Both the position numbers and the translations under genes were made by a program. Positions 30,947 to 44,663 of a stretch of DNA of 64,000 nt are shown in pieces. The notes under the pieces are model-generated. The model was not told where the DNA came from. It saw nothing but the letters and a program-made list of their open reading frames with translations, and searched no databases. Position 1 is the first letter of the stretch; each line of letters starts with the position of its first letter. The DNA is from an uncultured Pseudomonadota bacterium (GTDB taxonomy: Bacteria; Pseudomonadota; Alphaproteobacteria; Rhizobiales; Xanthobacteraceae), in contig CAWFYB010000002.1 of assembly GCA_963819955.1 (NCBI GenBank), positions 413,917 to 477,916 on the forward strand. Reading direction: 5' to 3'.

Positions 30947-31675
30947 TTACGAAGCCTTGCGCAAGCCTTCGCCGCCGCCGCGCAAGCGATCGAGAATGGC
31001 GAACGCGCGGGCAAGCGAGAATTCGCGCGTCTTTTGGTCGTAGGCCGCGCCGCCGTCCGGCATCATGTAGCCGTGCTGGATGCCGGGGAAAACGTGCAGC
31101 TCGATATTGCTCATGCGGGCGGCGAGCTTGCGATAGGCCTCGATCACTTCCGGCGGTGCGGCGTGGTCGGCGTCGCCCCAGATGATGCAGACGGGCGCGC
31201 GCAAGCCTTCGAGCAGATCGGTGTAGGCGATGAGATTGGTACCGTGGCAGGAGATGCCGGCGGCAAAGCCGAGCCGCTTCGGCCCGATGATGGCGTAGGG
31301 GCCGCCGTAGCAGAAGCCGATGACCGCGGCGCGGCCGTTAAACGTCTTAAGCTTGCCCAGCTCCTTTAGCGTGTCGGCGAGGTCGGCCTCGCCGGCCTTG
31401 ACCCGCTCCAGCCGCGGTTGCGAGCGCTCGCGCGCGCGCTCGTCGGTGCGCGGCAGCGGGCCGGGGATCGTGCGCCAGAACAGATCGGGCGCCGCCGCGA
31501 TATAGCCTTGCGCGGCGAAAGCATCGGCGATACCGCGCAGGTCCTTGTCGACGCCGTGGATGGCGGAAGCCAGCACGATGGCCGGCACCGGTTCGCTCGC
31601 GGCCGCCGGCGTGGCGAGATAGCAATCGAAGCTGCCGCCGTCGCGCGAAGCGATTTTGATGGTTTCAGCCGGCAT
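30947..31675 (-). CDS. Dienelactone hydrolase family protein
   Basis: APDLFWR, GFCYGG nucleophile motif, HGY. Confidence 0.92.
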   Translation of the reverse strand: MPAETIKIASRDGGSFDCYLATPAAASEPVPAIVLASAIHGVDKDLRGIADAFAAQGYIAAAPDLFWRTIPGPLPRTDERARERSQPRLERVKAGEADLADTLKELGKLKTFNGRAAVIGFCYGGPYAIIGPKRLGFAAGISCHGTNLIAYTDLLEGLRAPVCIIWGDADHAAPPEVIEAYRKLAARMSNIELHVFPGIQHGYMMPDGGAAYDQKTREFSLARAFAILDRLRGGGEGLRKAS

Positions 31676-31692
31676 GACATTGCTCCTTGCGC

Positions 31693-32211
31693 TTAATTCC
31701 CGGTGAGCGCGATGCTGTTGAGCACGCCGGCCACCGCGGCGGTTTCGTTGGCGTTCATGCCGGGCTGCGTCACGGTCCAGACCTGCGCCCAGGTATCGGG
31801 CGCCAGCTTGAACAGCACAATGCGGGCGCGGCGCGCCAAGCCGTGCTTGGCCGGCAGCGAGCCGTAGAAGGCGGTGCCGCGGATGATGCGCGCACCGTCG
31901 GCGGCGGTGATGCGCTCGGGCTCCTGTTTGTCGCCCATCACGACGCCGGCGACCTTGCTGACCTCCTGCACCACCGCGCTGTCGGGGTGGCCGCGCAATT
32001 TGCCGTCGGTGACGATGGCGAGATAGACGAGCGCGTGATTGTCGGGCGGCACCAGCAGCAGCCCGCCGCGCTTGTCGGTGGTGGCGTTCCAGCCGGGCGG
32101 CAGATCGAGCTTGAAGGCGTGCGCGCCGCTGTTCGGGAAGTGCAGCGGCCTGGCCGTCGCCGGGGCGGCTGCGAAGGCGAGAAGGATCGGAAGGAGAAAG
32201 AGACGGCGCAT
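31693..32211 (-). CDS. Secreted hypothetical protein
   Basis: Signal peptide MRRLFLLPILLAFAAAPATA; host-like codon usage. Confidence 0.65.
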   Translation of the reverse strand: MRRLFLLPILLAFAAAPATARPLHFPNSGAHAFKLDLPPGWNATTDKRGGLLLVPPDNHALVYLAIVTDGKLRGHPDSAVVQEVSKVAGVVMGDKQEPERITAADGARIIRGTAFYGSLPAKHGLARRARIVLFKLAPDTWAQVWTVTQPGMNANETAAVAGVLNSIALTGN

Positions 32212-32294
32212 GAGCTGCCCCCCGCGAGATTCGAGGCGGCATGATCGCCAGATTCCCGCGGCGAGTTCTATTGCCGGCGACGCGGCGCGCCGCC

Positions 32295-32565
32295 TCAGAC
32301 CGGGCGGGTCGGCTCGGAGGCGAGCGGGGAGGGCTCGGCGACGATCTTCTTGCGCCAGGTCTCCGGCATGCGGCAGCCGCCGATGCACCAGGCAATCGGC
32401 GCCGTCACGATCAGGCTCGCGCCCGTGAATACGGCGAGCCAGAAGCCGGCATTGGGCGTCAGCGGCGGGAAGATGCTCACCGCATAGACCGCGGCGGTGA
32501 ACAGCACGATATTGACCGTGGTGTAGAACAGCAGGCCGATCTGGCAGCGGGCTTTGAGAAGTCAT
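32295..32565 (-). CDS. Small membrane hypothetical protein (frameshift near 5' end)
   Basis: Two hydrophobic segments (LFTAAVYAVSIF; FWLAVFTGASLIVTAPIAW). Confidence 0.5.
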
Positions 32566-32810
32566 CTAGCCAAGCCTTTCGTTTCTTCCCCGACGGGCAG
32601 GGTTTTCCCCGCTTCTTTGGGCGGCCGCGCGGGCCGCCCACTTACATAGCCTGATCTGTATATGATGGGAAACGCAGGTTGCGAATGCAACTGCTTTGTC
32701 GGCATTGGCCCCGGCCGGATGTGCTGCGGTGCACAATGGGCTTCCGCGCCGTGCAAAGGCCGTCATCCGGCCCAACGCCGACGGCGGGGCGAGCGCGTAA
32801 GCTATCCCCG

Positions 32811-32916
32811 CCTCATCCTGAGGAGCCGCCGAAGGCGGCGTCTCGAAGGATGGGGCGGCCACATGGTTCGAGACGCCCGCCTTCGCTATTGCTTCGGCGG
32901 GCTCCTCACCATGAGG
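32811..32916. repeat. Intergenic palindrome, family D (CCTCATCCTGAGGAG..CGTCTCGAAGGATG plus inverted unit)
   Basis: Two inverted units; the same units occur inside uvrA at 43393-43491. Confidence 0.85.
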
Positions 32917-32942
32917 CCGAGTGAGGCTGGTAACCTCCCGCC

Positions 32943-33434
32943 ATGCCCAGGCTCACGATCATCTCCGGCGGGCAGAGCGGCGTCGACCGCGCGGCGCTGG
33001 ACGAAGCCATTGCGCGCGGCATTGCTTACGGCGGCTGGTGCCCGCAAGGCGGCTGGGCCGAGGATATGCCCGAGCCGCCCGGGCTGCTGGCCAAGTATCC
33101 GCTGCTGCGCGAGACGCCGTCGCGCGATCCGGCGCAGCGCACCGAATGGAACGTGCGCGATGCCGACGCCTGCCTGATCCTGGTCGATGCCGGCGGCGTC
33201 GCCGTGTCAGGCGGCACCGCCTTTGCCGAGAAGCTGGCGGCGCAATACGGCAAGCCGTTGCTGGTGGCCGACGTCGGCGCGGCGGATGCGGGGCGCCAAG
33301 TGCGCGCCTGGCTCGCCGCGCTGCTGGTGGCGCATAGGGGCGACGGGCCATTCAGGCCCGCGGTCGGGGGCCCAAGGGAGAGCGAGGCGAGGGGATTTAT
33401 GGGAAGGCGAGGGTGGTTTTGGGGGACGTGTTAG
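32943..33434 (+). CDS. Putative molybdenum-carrier / circularly permuted YpsA SLOG-family protein
   Basis: IISGGQSGVDRAALD, GGWCPQG, RTEWNVRDAD, GGPRESE; 3' end looks error-laden. Confidence 0.85.
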   Translation: MPRLTIISGGQSGVDRAALDEAIARGIAYGGWCPQGGWAEDMPEPPGLLAKYPLLRETPSRDPAQRTEWNVRDADACLILVDAGGVAVSGGTAFAEKLAAQYGKPLLVADVGAADAGRQVRAWLAALLVAHRGDGPFRPAVGGPRESEARGFMGRRGWFWGTC

Positions 33435-33484
33435 AGAAAGTTCTAGGAACCCACCATGGGAATCGGTCACGGCAAAGTGGGTTG

Positions 33485-33518
33485 CGGGTTACGCGCCTTC
33501 GACGCTAACCCACCCTAC
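33485..33518. repeat. REP-like unit (GTAGGGTGGGTTAGC..GTAACCCGC on minus strand) at the island's left border
   Basis: GTAG-initiated imperfect hairpin GGGTTA..TAACCC. Confidence 0.6.
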
Positions 33519-33752
33519 GCGCTATAGGAATAATGTCAAGAGCCAATTTGCGAGCTCTTGAAAACATAATTCAGGGTTGCACCTCAGTCGAAACCCCACT
33601 AAATGGCTGTGTACAATTGTCGCCAGCGTTCTTTAGTTGATGGGCTGAATGGCGTGTCTTCAGTAATCTCAGGCTTGACCAGATTCCGCGCCGGTGCGGA
33701 CTTTCGTAACGCGACGTCAATGGCAGCAAAGTCGTTTGGCACCGTATTGAAG

Positions 33753-35148
33753 GAGCTATGTGCGGAAGTTGGTGACGGCATGAAGGGGTAAGGCGGCGTA
33801 TCGTGGGGGTGTTCAACGCCTCCACTTCTCCACTGAAGGAGTGATACGCCGTGACCGACACTAACGTGATCAAGCTCGCTCAGCCAGGGACTTTCACCAA
33901 TTCGCTCACCGAGATTTTGCGCAACGGGGCACGTACCCTGCTCACGCAGGCCGTCGAGACGGAGGTCGCCGACTTCCTCGGGCGATACGCCGATCTCAAG
34001 ACCGAGACGGGCCGCCAGCGCGTCGTGCGCCACGGGCATCTGCCCGAGCGCGAGATCATGACCGGCATTGGGCCGGTGGCCGTGCGCCAGCCCCGGGTGC
34101 GCGACCGCGAGGCCGCCGGGGGCGGGCGGATTCGGTTCAGCCCGAGCATTCTGCCACCTTACGCGCGGCGCACGAAGAGCCTCGAAGTGCTGATCCCGAT
34201 CCTCTACTTGAAAGGCGTCTCGACCGGGGACTTCGGGGAGGCGCTGGCAGCGTTGCTCGGCCAGGACGCCGGTGGACTATCGGCATCGAGCATTGCGCGC
34301 CTGAAAGAGGCCTGGGTCGACGAGCACGCCCGCTGGCGCGACCGCGACCTGTCCGCCAAGCGGTATGTCTACGTCTGGGCCGATGGCATCTACGTCCAGG
34401 CCCGGCTCGAAGATGACGCGCAGTGTCTAATGGTGATCATCGGCGCCACCGCCGAAGGCAAGAAGGAACTCGTTGGGCTTGCCGACGGCATCCGCGAGAG
34501 TGCGCAATCCTGGAAGGAGCTGCTGCTCGATCTCAAGCGGCACGGCCTGACGATCTCCCCGCAGCTCGCTGTCGCCGACGGGGCGCTCGGCTTCTGGAAG
34601 GCGATCGATGAGGTATGGCCGAAGACGCGCGGGCAACGCTGCTGGGTGCACAAGACGGCGAATGTCTTGAACAAGCTGCCAAAGAGCCTGCAAGCAAAGG
34701 CCAAGCGTGTCTTGCAAGACATCTGGATGGCGCCGACCAGGACGGATGCCGAGGCTGCATTCGATGGCTTCATCGAATGCTATGGCGTCAAGTACGACAA
34801 GGCGGTCGAGTGCCTCAGCAAGGACCGCGAACCCCTGCTCGCCTTCTATGACTTCCCTGCCGAGCACTGGAAGCATCTACGCACGTCAAACCCGATCGAG
34901 AGCACGTTCGCGACCGTTCGGCATCGAACGGTCCGATCGAGAGGATGTCTTTCCAACAAGACCGCGCTCGCCATGATCTTCAAGCTCGCACAGGCCGCCG
35001 AGAAAAGCTGGCATCGTCTGCGCGGTCACGACCAGTTGCCAAAAGTCATCCTCGGAGTAAAGTTCAACGACGGAATCGAGGTCGTCAGATCGCAAGCTCA
35101 AACCGCCGCCGCCTGATCCCGCTCGTCACCAAGATTCGGCGATAACTC
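33753..35148 (+). mobile_element. IS256-family element, copy 1 (1396 bp; transposase 33851-35116)
   Basis: 421-aa Mutator-type DDE transposase; imperfect IRs GAGCTATGTGCGGAAGTTGGTGACG / CGTCACCAAGATTCGGCGATAACTC; perfect 9-bp target duplication GTATTGAAG (33744-33752, 35149-35157). Confidence 0.97.
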
Positions 35149-35248
35149 GTATTGAAGCAGCGGCGAGTTAGTCTCGTGTCGCTCGAAGACCAGTGTGATA
35201 AATCCGAACAGCTTTCCTTTTTTAGATTCAGAATCTGACGCCTCTCTC

Positions 35249-37229
35249 ATGCAGAAGATGTTGCTTCTGCCCAAGATAGATTTGCATCGCCATTTGACCG
35301 GCTCGATCAGCGCTACAACTGCTGTACGCCTAGCCGCCAAATATGACGTGAAGCTACCAACATATATTGCCTCTGAGTTGGAACAGCTGCTTTTTGCACA
35401 AAAAACAGTTCGGGAATCACAAAGAATACTTTTTGCCGTGGCCAATATTAAATCGTTTGTTTCCCTCACCAGAGGCGGTGCGGGACCTGATGTTCGCGGT
35501 CGTCCGTGATGCAGCGGAAGATAATGTAATTTACAGCGAAGTCAGATTGGGGCCTCGCGGATTTTTGGGCGATAGTGAATTTAAGTTCGATGAGTTTGCC
35601 GCTGGAGTCGCTGACTCGCTCAGGGAGGCAGATCAAGTATTTGGAACAATTACTAGATGCATCTTAAAGTCCGTCCGGAGACTTCAGGGCTGGATTACAG
35701 AGTTTTCGGAGCATGAGGCGAATTGAGGCGAGGCGCAAGAATGCGAGCGCCTTGCGGTTGAGGTTCTCCCAATCCTTGGCGAGTCTTCGGCAGCGATTGA
35801 GCCAAGCGATGGTGCGCTCGACGATCCAGCGTTGGGGCAAAACCACAAATCCTTTGACCCGATCGGAACGTTTGACGATTTCGATCATTGAGATACGGCA
35901 AGAGCCTTCGCAACCGCCTTCTGCAAATTGCGGTCCTTGATAGCCGCCATCGGCAAAGAGCTGTCTGCAAAAATGGAAACATCCCGAACAGCGTCGCCAG
36001 TGACGCAGATATGCCACCGTCACGATCTTGAATGTCGGCGGGATGAACGATGGCGTGGAGCAGCGAGGCCTAGCGTATCGACGAGAATGTGCCGCTTCTT
36101 GCCCTTGATCTTCTTGCCCGCATCGTAGCCGTGCGGATCGATGCAGGCCCCCCTTTTTCGGCGCTTTTCACGCTCTGGCTGTCGATGATGGCGGCAGTCG
36201 GACTGGCTTCCCGCCGGGCTTGTTCGCGACACTGCATCGTAAAGCGCGTGGTGGATCCGCTCCAATGTGCCGTCATAAGCTCCACAGATCGAAATAATCG
36301 TAGACCGTGCTATTGCGGTGGCAGGTCTTTCGGGATCGCGCGCCACTGACAGCCCGTGTTGAGAGAACGTACATGAGGCCGTTCACGACCTCACGCATGA
36401 TCACCGTCCGCTTCCCTGCCGCCGCGGCTTGCCGGGTGGGATCAAATGTTCGACCAGCTTCCATTCGTCATCGGTCAAATCGCTTGGGTAACGCAGCTTG
36501 CTGCGGTCGTAACGTCCACGGTTCTTGCTCGTCCACATTGGTGACCCTCCTCAAATAAGGCCACCACCCTTAAAATCACAACTGATTAATAGAAATTCAA
36601 GAACTGCTTCGGACAGACACTTAGGGATACCACGTCATGTTTTTATCAGAGTCCCCTCTGATGCGAGGAATAAGATGTTTGCGAAAATGCTCGCGACGAT
36701 ACGCGAGTATCCAGACTGCTTCGTCGGAGTGGATCTAAACGGTGACGAGTTGGCGGCAGAAAGTTCTGAATTTTTGAATTTTTTTAAAATGGCTGCCGAA
36801 ATAAATCTTCATGCGACTGTGCATGCGGGCGAACTGGGCAGCCCTGAAAGCGTGAAATATGCAGTTGACATGCTGGGAGCCTCGCGAATTGGGCATGGTA
36901 TTGCGGCGGCCCGTAGCGAGGAAGCGATGAAGTCAATTTCAGAAAAAAAATGCGTACTCGAAATATGCCCGACTAGTAATAAGTTCCTTGGGGTCGTAAA
37001 CGAAATTCGCGATCTTCCTCTACGTCTTTTCCAGGAACGCAAGGTTCCTTTTGCAATTTGTACGGACAACCCTGCTCGATGTCGGACTTCTATGTCCGAA
37101 GAACTTTTTAAAGTAACGAAGTTCTTTTCCTATTCGATTACTGACGTGCACGAATTAATTAAAAGCACTTTGGCAGCATCATTCGCTGATGAGCCGACAA
37201 AAAAACGGATAGCGGCACTCCTAAACTAA
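35249..37229 (+). pseudogene. Adenosine deaminase family enzyme, split by an IS5-family element and a frameshift near 35400-35415
   Basis: PKIDLHRHLTGS, NVIYSEVR, VGVDLNGDE, TVHAGE, RIGHG, LEICPTSN, ICTDNP; removing 35667-36623 restores TRCILGIPRH in frame. Confidence 0.9.
35667..36620 (-). mobile_element. IS5-family element (IS1031-like), transposase frameshifted
   Basis: MWTSKNRGRYDRSKLRYPSDLTDDEW (start 36538), AIIDSQSVK, GYDAGKKIKGKKRHILVDTLG, RWIVERTIAWL; TTA duplication at 35664-35666 and 36621-36623. Confidence 0.92.
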
Positions 37230-37267
37230 ATTGTGACCAGCAACTCGGTGGGCTGAGGGGGCGGGGG

Positions 37268-38663
37268 GAGTTATCGCCGAATCTTGGTGACGAGCGGGAT
37301 CAGGCGGCGGCGGTTTGAGCTTGCGATCTGACGACCTCGATTCCGTCGTTGAACTTTACTCCGAGGATGACTTTTGGCAACTGGTCGTGACCGCGCAGAC
37401 GATGCCAGCTTTTCTCGGCGGCCTGTGCGAGCTTGAAGATCATGGCGAGCGCGGTCTTGTTGGAAAGACATCCTCTCGATCGGACCGTTCGATGCCGAAC
37501 GGTCGCGAACGTGCTCTCGATCGGGTTTGACGTGCGTAGATGCTTCCAGTGCTCGGCAGGGAAGTCATAGAAGGCGAGCAGGGGTTCGCGGTCCTTGCTG
37601 AGGCACTCGACCGCCTTGTCGTACTTGACGCCATAGCATTCGATGAAGCCATCGAATGCAGCCTCGGCATCCGTCCTGGTCGGCGCCATCCAGATGTCTT
37701 GCAAGACACGCTTGGCCTTTGCTTGCAGGCTCTTTGGCAGCTTGTTCAAGACATTCGCCGTCTTGTGCACCCAGCAGCGTTGCCCGCGCGTCTTCGGCCA
37801 TACCTCATCGATCGCCTTCCAGAAGCCGAGCGCCCCGTCGGCGACAGCGAGCTGCGGGGAGATCGTCAGGCCGTGCCGCTTGAGATCGAGCAGCAGCTCC
37901 TTCCAGGATTGCGCACTCTCGCGGATGCCGTCGGCAAGCCCAACGAGTTCCTTCTTGCCTTCGGCGGTGGCGCCGATGATCACCATTAGACACTGCGCGT
38001 CATCTTCGAGCCGGGCCTGGACGTAGATGCCATCGGCCCAGACGTAGACATACCGCTTGGCGGACAGGTCGCGGTCGCGCCAGCGGGCGTGCTCGTCGAC
38101 CCAGGCCTCTTTCAGGCGCGCAATGCTCGATGCCGATAGTCCACCGGCGTCCTGGCCGAGCAACGCTGCCAGCGCCTCCCCGAAGTCCCCGGTCGAGACG
38201 CCTTTCAAGTAGAGGATCGGGATCAGCACTTCGAGGCTCTTCGTGCGCCGCGCGTAAGGTGGCAGAATGCTCGGGCTGAACCGAATCCGCCCGCCCCCGG
38301 CGGCCTCGCGGTCGCGCACCCGGGGCTGGCGCACGGCCACCGGCCCAATGCCGGTCATGATCTCGCGCTCGGGCAGATGCCCGTGGCGCACGACGCGCTG
38401 GCGGCCCGTCTCGGTCTTGAGATCGGCGTATCGCCCGAGGAAGTCGGCGACCTCCGTCTCGACGGCCTGCGTGAGCAGGGTACGTGCCCCGTTGCGCAAA
38501 ATCTCGGTGAGCGAATCGGTGAAAGTCCCTGGCTGAGCGAGCTTGATCACGTTAGTGTCGGTCACGGCGTATCACTCCTTCAGTGGAGAAGTGGAGGCGT
38601 TGAACACCCCCACGATACGCCGCCTTACCCCTTCATGCCGTCACCAACTTCCGCACATAGCTC
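37268..38663 (-). mobile_element. IS256-family element, copy 2 (transposase 37300-38565)
   Basis: Near-identical to copy 1; flanks GGGGCGGGG(G) / GGTGCGGGG resemble an imperfect target duplication. Confidence 0.97.
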
Positions 38664-38674
38664 GGTGCGGGGAA

Positions 38675-41050
38675 ATGTCGACTGAATTGCAACCGGTACA
38701 GGAAACTATCGGCCCCACACCCACCGATCGGCTGGCATTTATCAAGCGCAGATTTGAATGGGCTCTGGAAAAGAGATGGCCGATAGCCGCATTTCAAATT
38801 TTGAATGTCGTTTATTTGTTCTTCCTAGGTCGCGCTTATGGCGAAAAGGCCGATCCAGCGTACATCATCATGGCTGCGATAGCATATGTAATTATCTTCG
38901 GTTTTGGACAGTATCTTCTCGTTGATACACCGAAGCAAATTAAAGAGAGGGCGGATCGGGTTGCGCAGCAAGCAAGAGCATTTCTTACAAAGCAAATGGA
39001 TATTTTTTCTACTGCGGAAAAATTTCTAATTTCAAGACTTCGAAAGATGATATGAAGTTTTGTCAACTCTTCAAAATGCCGAGCCAAGCGTCATTCGTCG
39101 GGTGGCGCAGCAAAATTTGAGTAAACAGGATTTGCTTAATGCCGCTTTGAGAGACCTCTGCAACGCCCAGACAGCGATCGCCGCGAAGACCCTGCAAGTT
39201 CCGCTGCAAGAAGCTCTCTTTCGAGCAACGTTTATGGAGGTTCAAGGGACCGGGCCAGATGAAAAACTCGGTTACGTTGCTTGGCACACCTGGGAAGACC
39301 TCCCGCCGCAGTCGATGACTAAAGGTATCACCTTTAGAAGAGGGGAAGGCTGCGCTGGAATTGCGTGGGATCGAAACAAAGTTGTGATCGAAGATGCATT
39401 AAGACCGGGTCATGAGTGGAAAAACAGAGTTATCGCCGAATCTTGGTGACGAGCGGGATCAGGCGGCGGCGGTTTGAGCTTGCGATCTGACGACCTCGAT
39501 TCCGTCGTTGAACTTTACTCCGAGGATGACTTTTGGCAACTGGTCGTGACCGCGCAGACGATGCCAGCTTTTCTCGGCGGCCTGTGCGAGCTTGAAGATC
39601 ATGGCGAGCGCGGTCTTGTTGGAAAGACATCCTCTCGATCGGACCGTTCGATGCCGAACGGTCGCGAACGTGCTCTCGATCGGGTTTGACGTGCGTAGAT
39701 GCTTCCAGTGCTCGGCAGGGAAGTCATAGAAGGCGAGCAGGGGTTCGCGGTCCTTGCTGAGGCACTCGACCGCCTTGTCGTACTTGACGCCATAGCATTC
39801 GATGAAGCCATCGAATGCAGCCTCGGCATCCGTCCTGGTCGGCGCCATCCAGATGTCTTGCAAGACACGCTTGGCCTTTGCTTGCAGGCTCTTTGGCAGC
39901 TTGTTCAAGACATTCGCCGTCTTGTGCACCCAGCAGCGTTGCCCGCGCGTCTTCGGCCATACCTCATCGATCGCCTTCCAGAAGCCGAGCGCCCCGTCGG
40001 CGACAGCGAGCTGCGGGGAGATCGTCAGGCCGTGCCGCTTGAGATCGAGCAGCAGCTCCTTCCAGGATTGCGCACTCTCGCGGATGCCGTCGGCAAGCCC
40101 AACGAGTTCCTTCTTGCCTTCGGCGGTGGCGCCGATGATCACCATTAGACACTGCGCGTCATCTTCGAGCCGGGCCTGGACGTAGATGCCATCGGCCCAG
40201 ACGTAGACATACCGCTTGGCGGACAGGTCGCGGTCGCGCCAGCGGGCGTGCTCGTCGACCCAGGCCTCTTTCAGGCGCGCAATGCTCGATGCCGATAGTC
40301 CACCGGCGTCCTGGCCGAGCAACGCTGCCAGCGCCTCCCCGAAGTCCCCGGTCGAGACGCCTTTCAAGTAGAGGATCGGGATCAGCACTTCGAGGCTCTT
40401 CGTGCGCCGCGCGTAAGGTGGCAGAATGCTCGGGCTGAACCGAATCCGCCCGCCCCCGGCGGCCTCGCGGTCGCGCACCCGGGGCTGGCGCACGGCCACC
40501 GGCCCAATGCCGGTCATGATCTCGCGCTCGGGCAGATGCCCGTGGCGCACGACGCGCTGGCGGCCCGTCTCGGTCTTGAGATCGGCGTATCGCCCGAGGA
40601 AGTCGGCGACCTCCGTCTCGACGGCCTGCGTGAGCAGGGTACGTGCCCCGTTGCGCAAAATCTCGGTGAGCAAATCGGTGAAAGTCCCTGGCTGAGCGAG
40701 CTTGATCACGTTAGTGTCGGTCACGGCGTATCACTCCTTCAGTGGAGAAGTGGAGGCGTTGAACACCCCCACGATACGCCGCCTTACCCCTTCATGCCGT
40801 CACCAACTTCCGCACATAGCTCTTGGAAACCAGTGATCGAATGTCATTGTCGATATATTTCAATGATCTCCGTTCCAAGTGTTCGTAAAGGCTAATGGCG
40901 ATGCGGAAAGTATCGTCGGGGTCATCAGCCTTGCGATATACCCGGTTGGCGTATGGCTTAATTTCGGCTAAGAAGTGATCAGCAGGTGGAGCATGCTGAC
41001 ATCCGGTAATAAATATCCCCTGTGCCAATGGAGCCAGCCGTTACAATGAG
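38675..41050 (+). pseudogene. Two-TM plus GAF-like domain membrane protein, split by IS256 copy 3 and frameshifts; 3' end approximate
   Basis: TMs WPIAAFQILNVVYLFFLG and YIIMAAIAYVIIFGFGQYLLV; FRRGEGCAGIAWDRNKVVI before the IS; YISMISVP and IVGVISL after it (GAF strand pattern). Confidence 0.7.
39427..40822 (-). mobile_element. IS256-family element, copy 3 (transposase 39459-40724)
   Basis: Near-identical to copies 1 and 2, 1396 bp; flanks GGAAAAACA / TTGGAAACC match only loosely. Confidence 0.97.
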
Positions 41051-41189
41051 TGCAACGGGATTCGTGATACTCGTCTAGTTCCTTCCATGTGCCACTACGG
41101 CGCAAATATATAGCATTTGTCTGCGTAGTTCAGATGGTGAATGCCTACACCGAGTTCGGGTTTGAAAAAGCTGCAGAGCACTAGTTTTT

Positions 41190-44245
<3,056 letters not shown>

Positions 44246-44310
44246 GAAGCCTTTGAAACGTGGCGCCGGCCGCGGGGCCGGCAGGTGGCGCTTGGTCAGG
44301 CGGCAGGTCG

Positions 44311-44325
44311 GAACGTAGTAAGAAC
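44311..44325. promoter_or_regulatory. LexA (SOS) box upstream of uvrA
   Basis: GAAC-GTAGTAA-GAAC matches the alphaproteobacterial GAAC-N7-GAAC consensus. Confidence 0.85.
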
Positions 44326-44663
44326 GGGGCGCCTTTGCCAGACCTGGACGGCGGGGACGCGGGTGAAATCTCCGCTTTTAGCGGGAAAACCGCCGGCCGG
44401 CCGCGACCGCCCCCCACACGCGCCGCGCGAACGATTACGCGGCCGATTTATTCCCTGCATAAAAACATATTCAGGATGCGTCATATAAACGCAGCGTATG
44501 TTATTGAAAATCATTCCTCGAGAGGGGAACATCGTAACGGCGGCGTATCGCCTAAATTCATCATTGTAGAAAAATCACCTCTCTCCCAGTGCCCAAGGCC
44601 ATCGACGGACGGCCCGGGCCGGGCACAACCGAAAGCCGGTGAGAGAGCAGCGGAGGAAGAGAA

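Noticed and set aside
32943-33434. SLOG/YpsA-like gene as part of the ADA-GAF system
   Set aside because: It has host-like GC and lies outside the island border, so adjacency may be coincidental; still worth including in a co-occurrence test.
33571-35248. A third island gene split by IS256 copy 1
   Set aside because: Rejoining the flanks gives only a ~76-aa plus-strand ORF and start-less minus-strand frames with no recognisable motifs.
35249-41050. RADAR, Kongming or CRISPR-Cad1 assignment for the deaminase
   Set aside because: No RdrA-type ATPase, HAM1/Sir2 genes, CARF domain or cas genes nearby, and the ~340-aa ADA is much shorter than RdrB.
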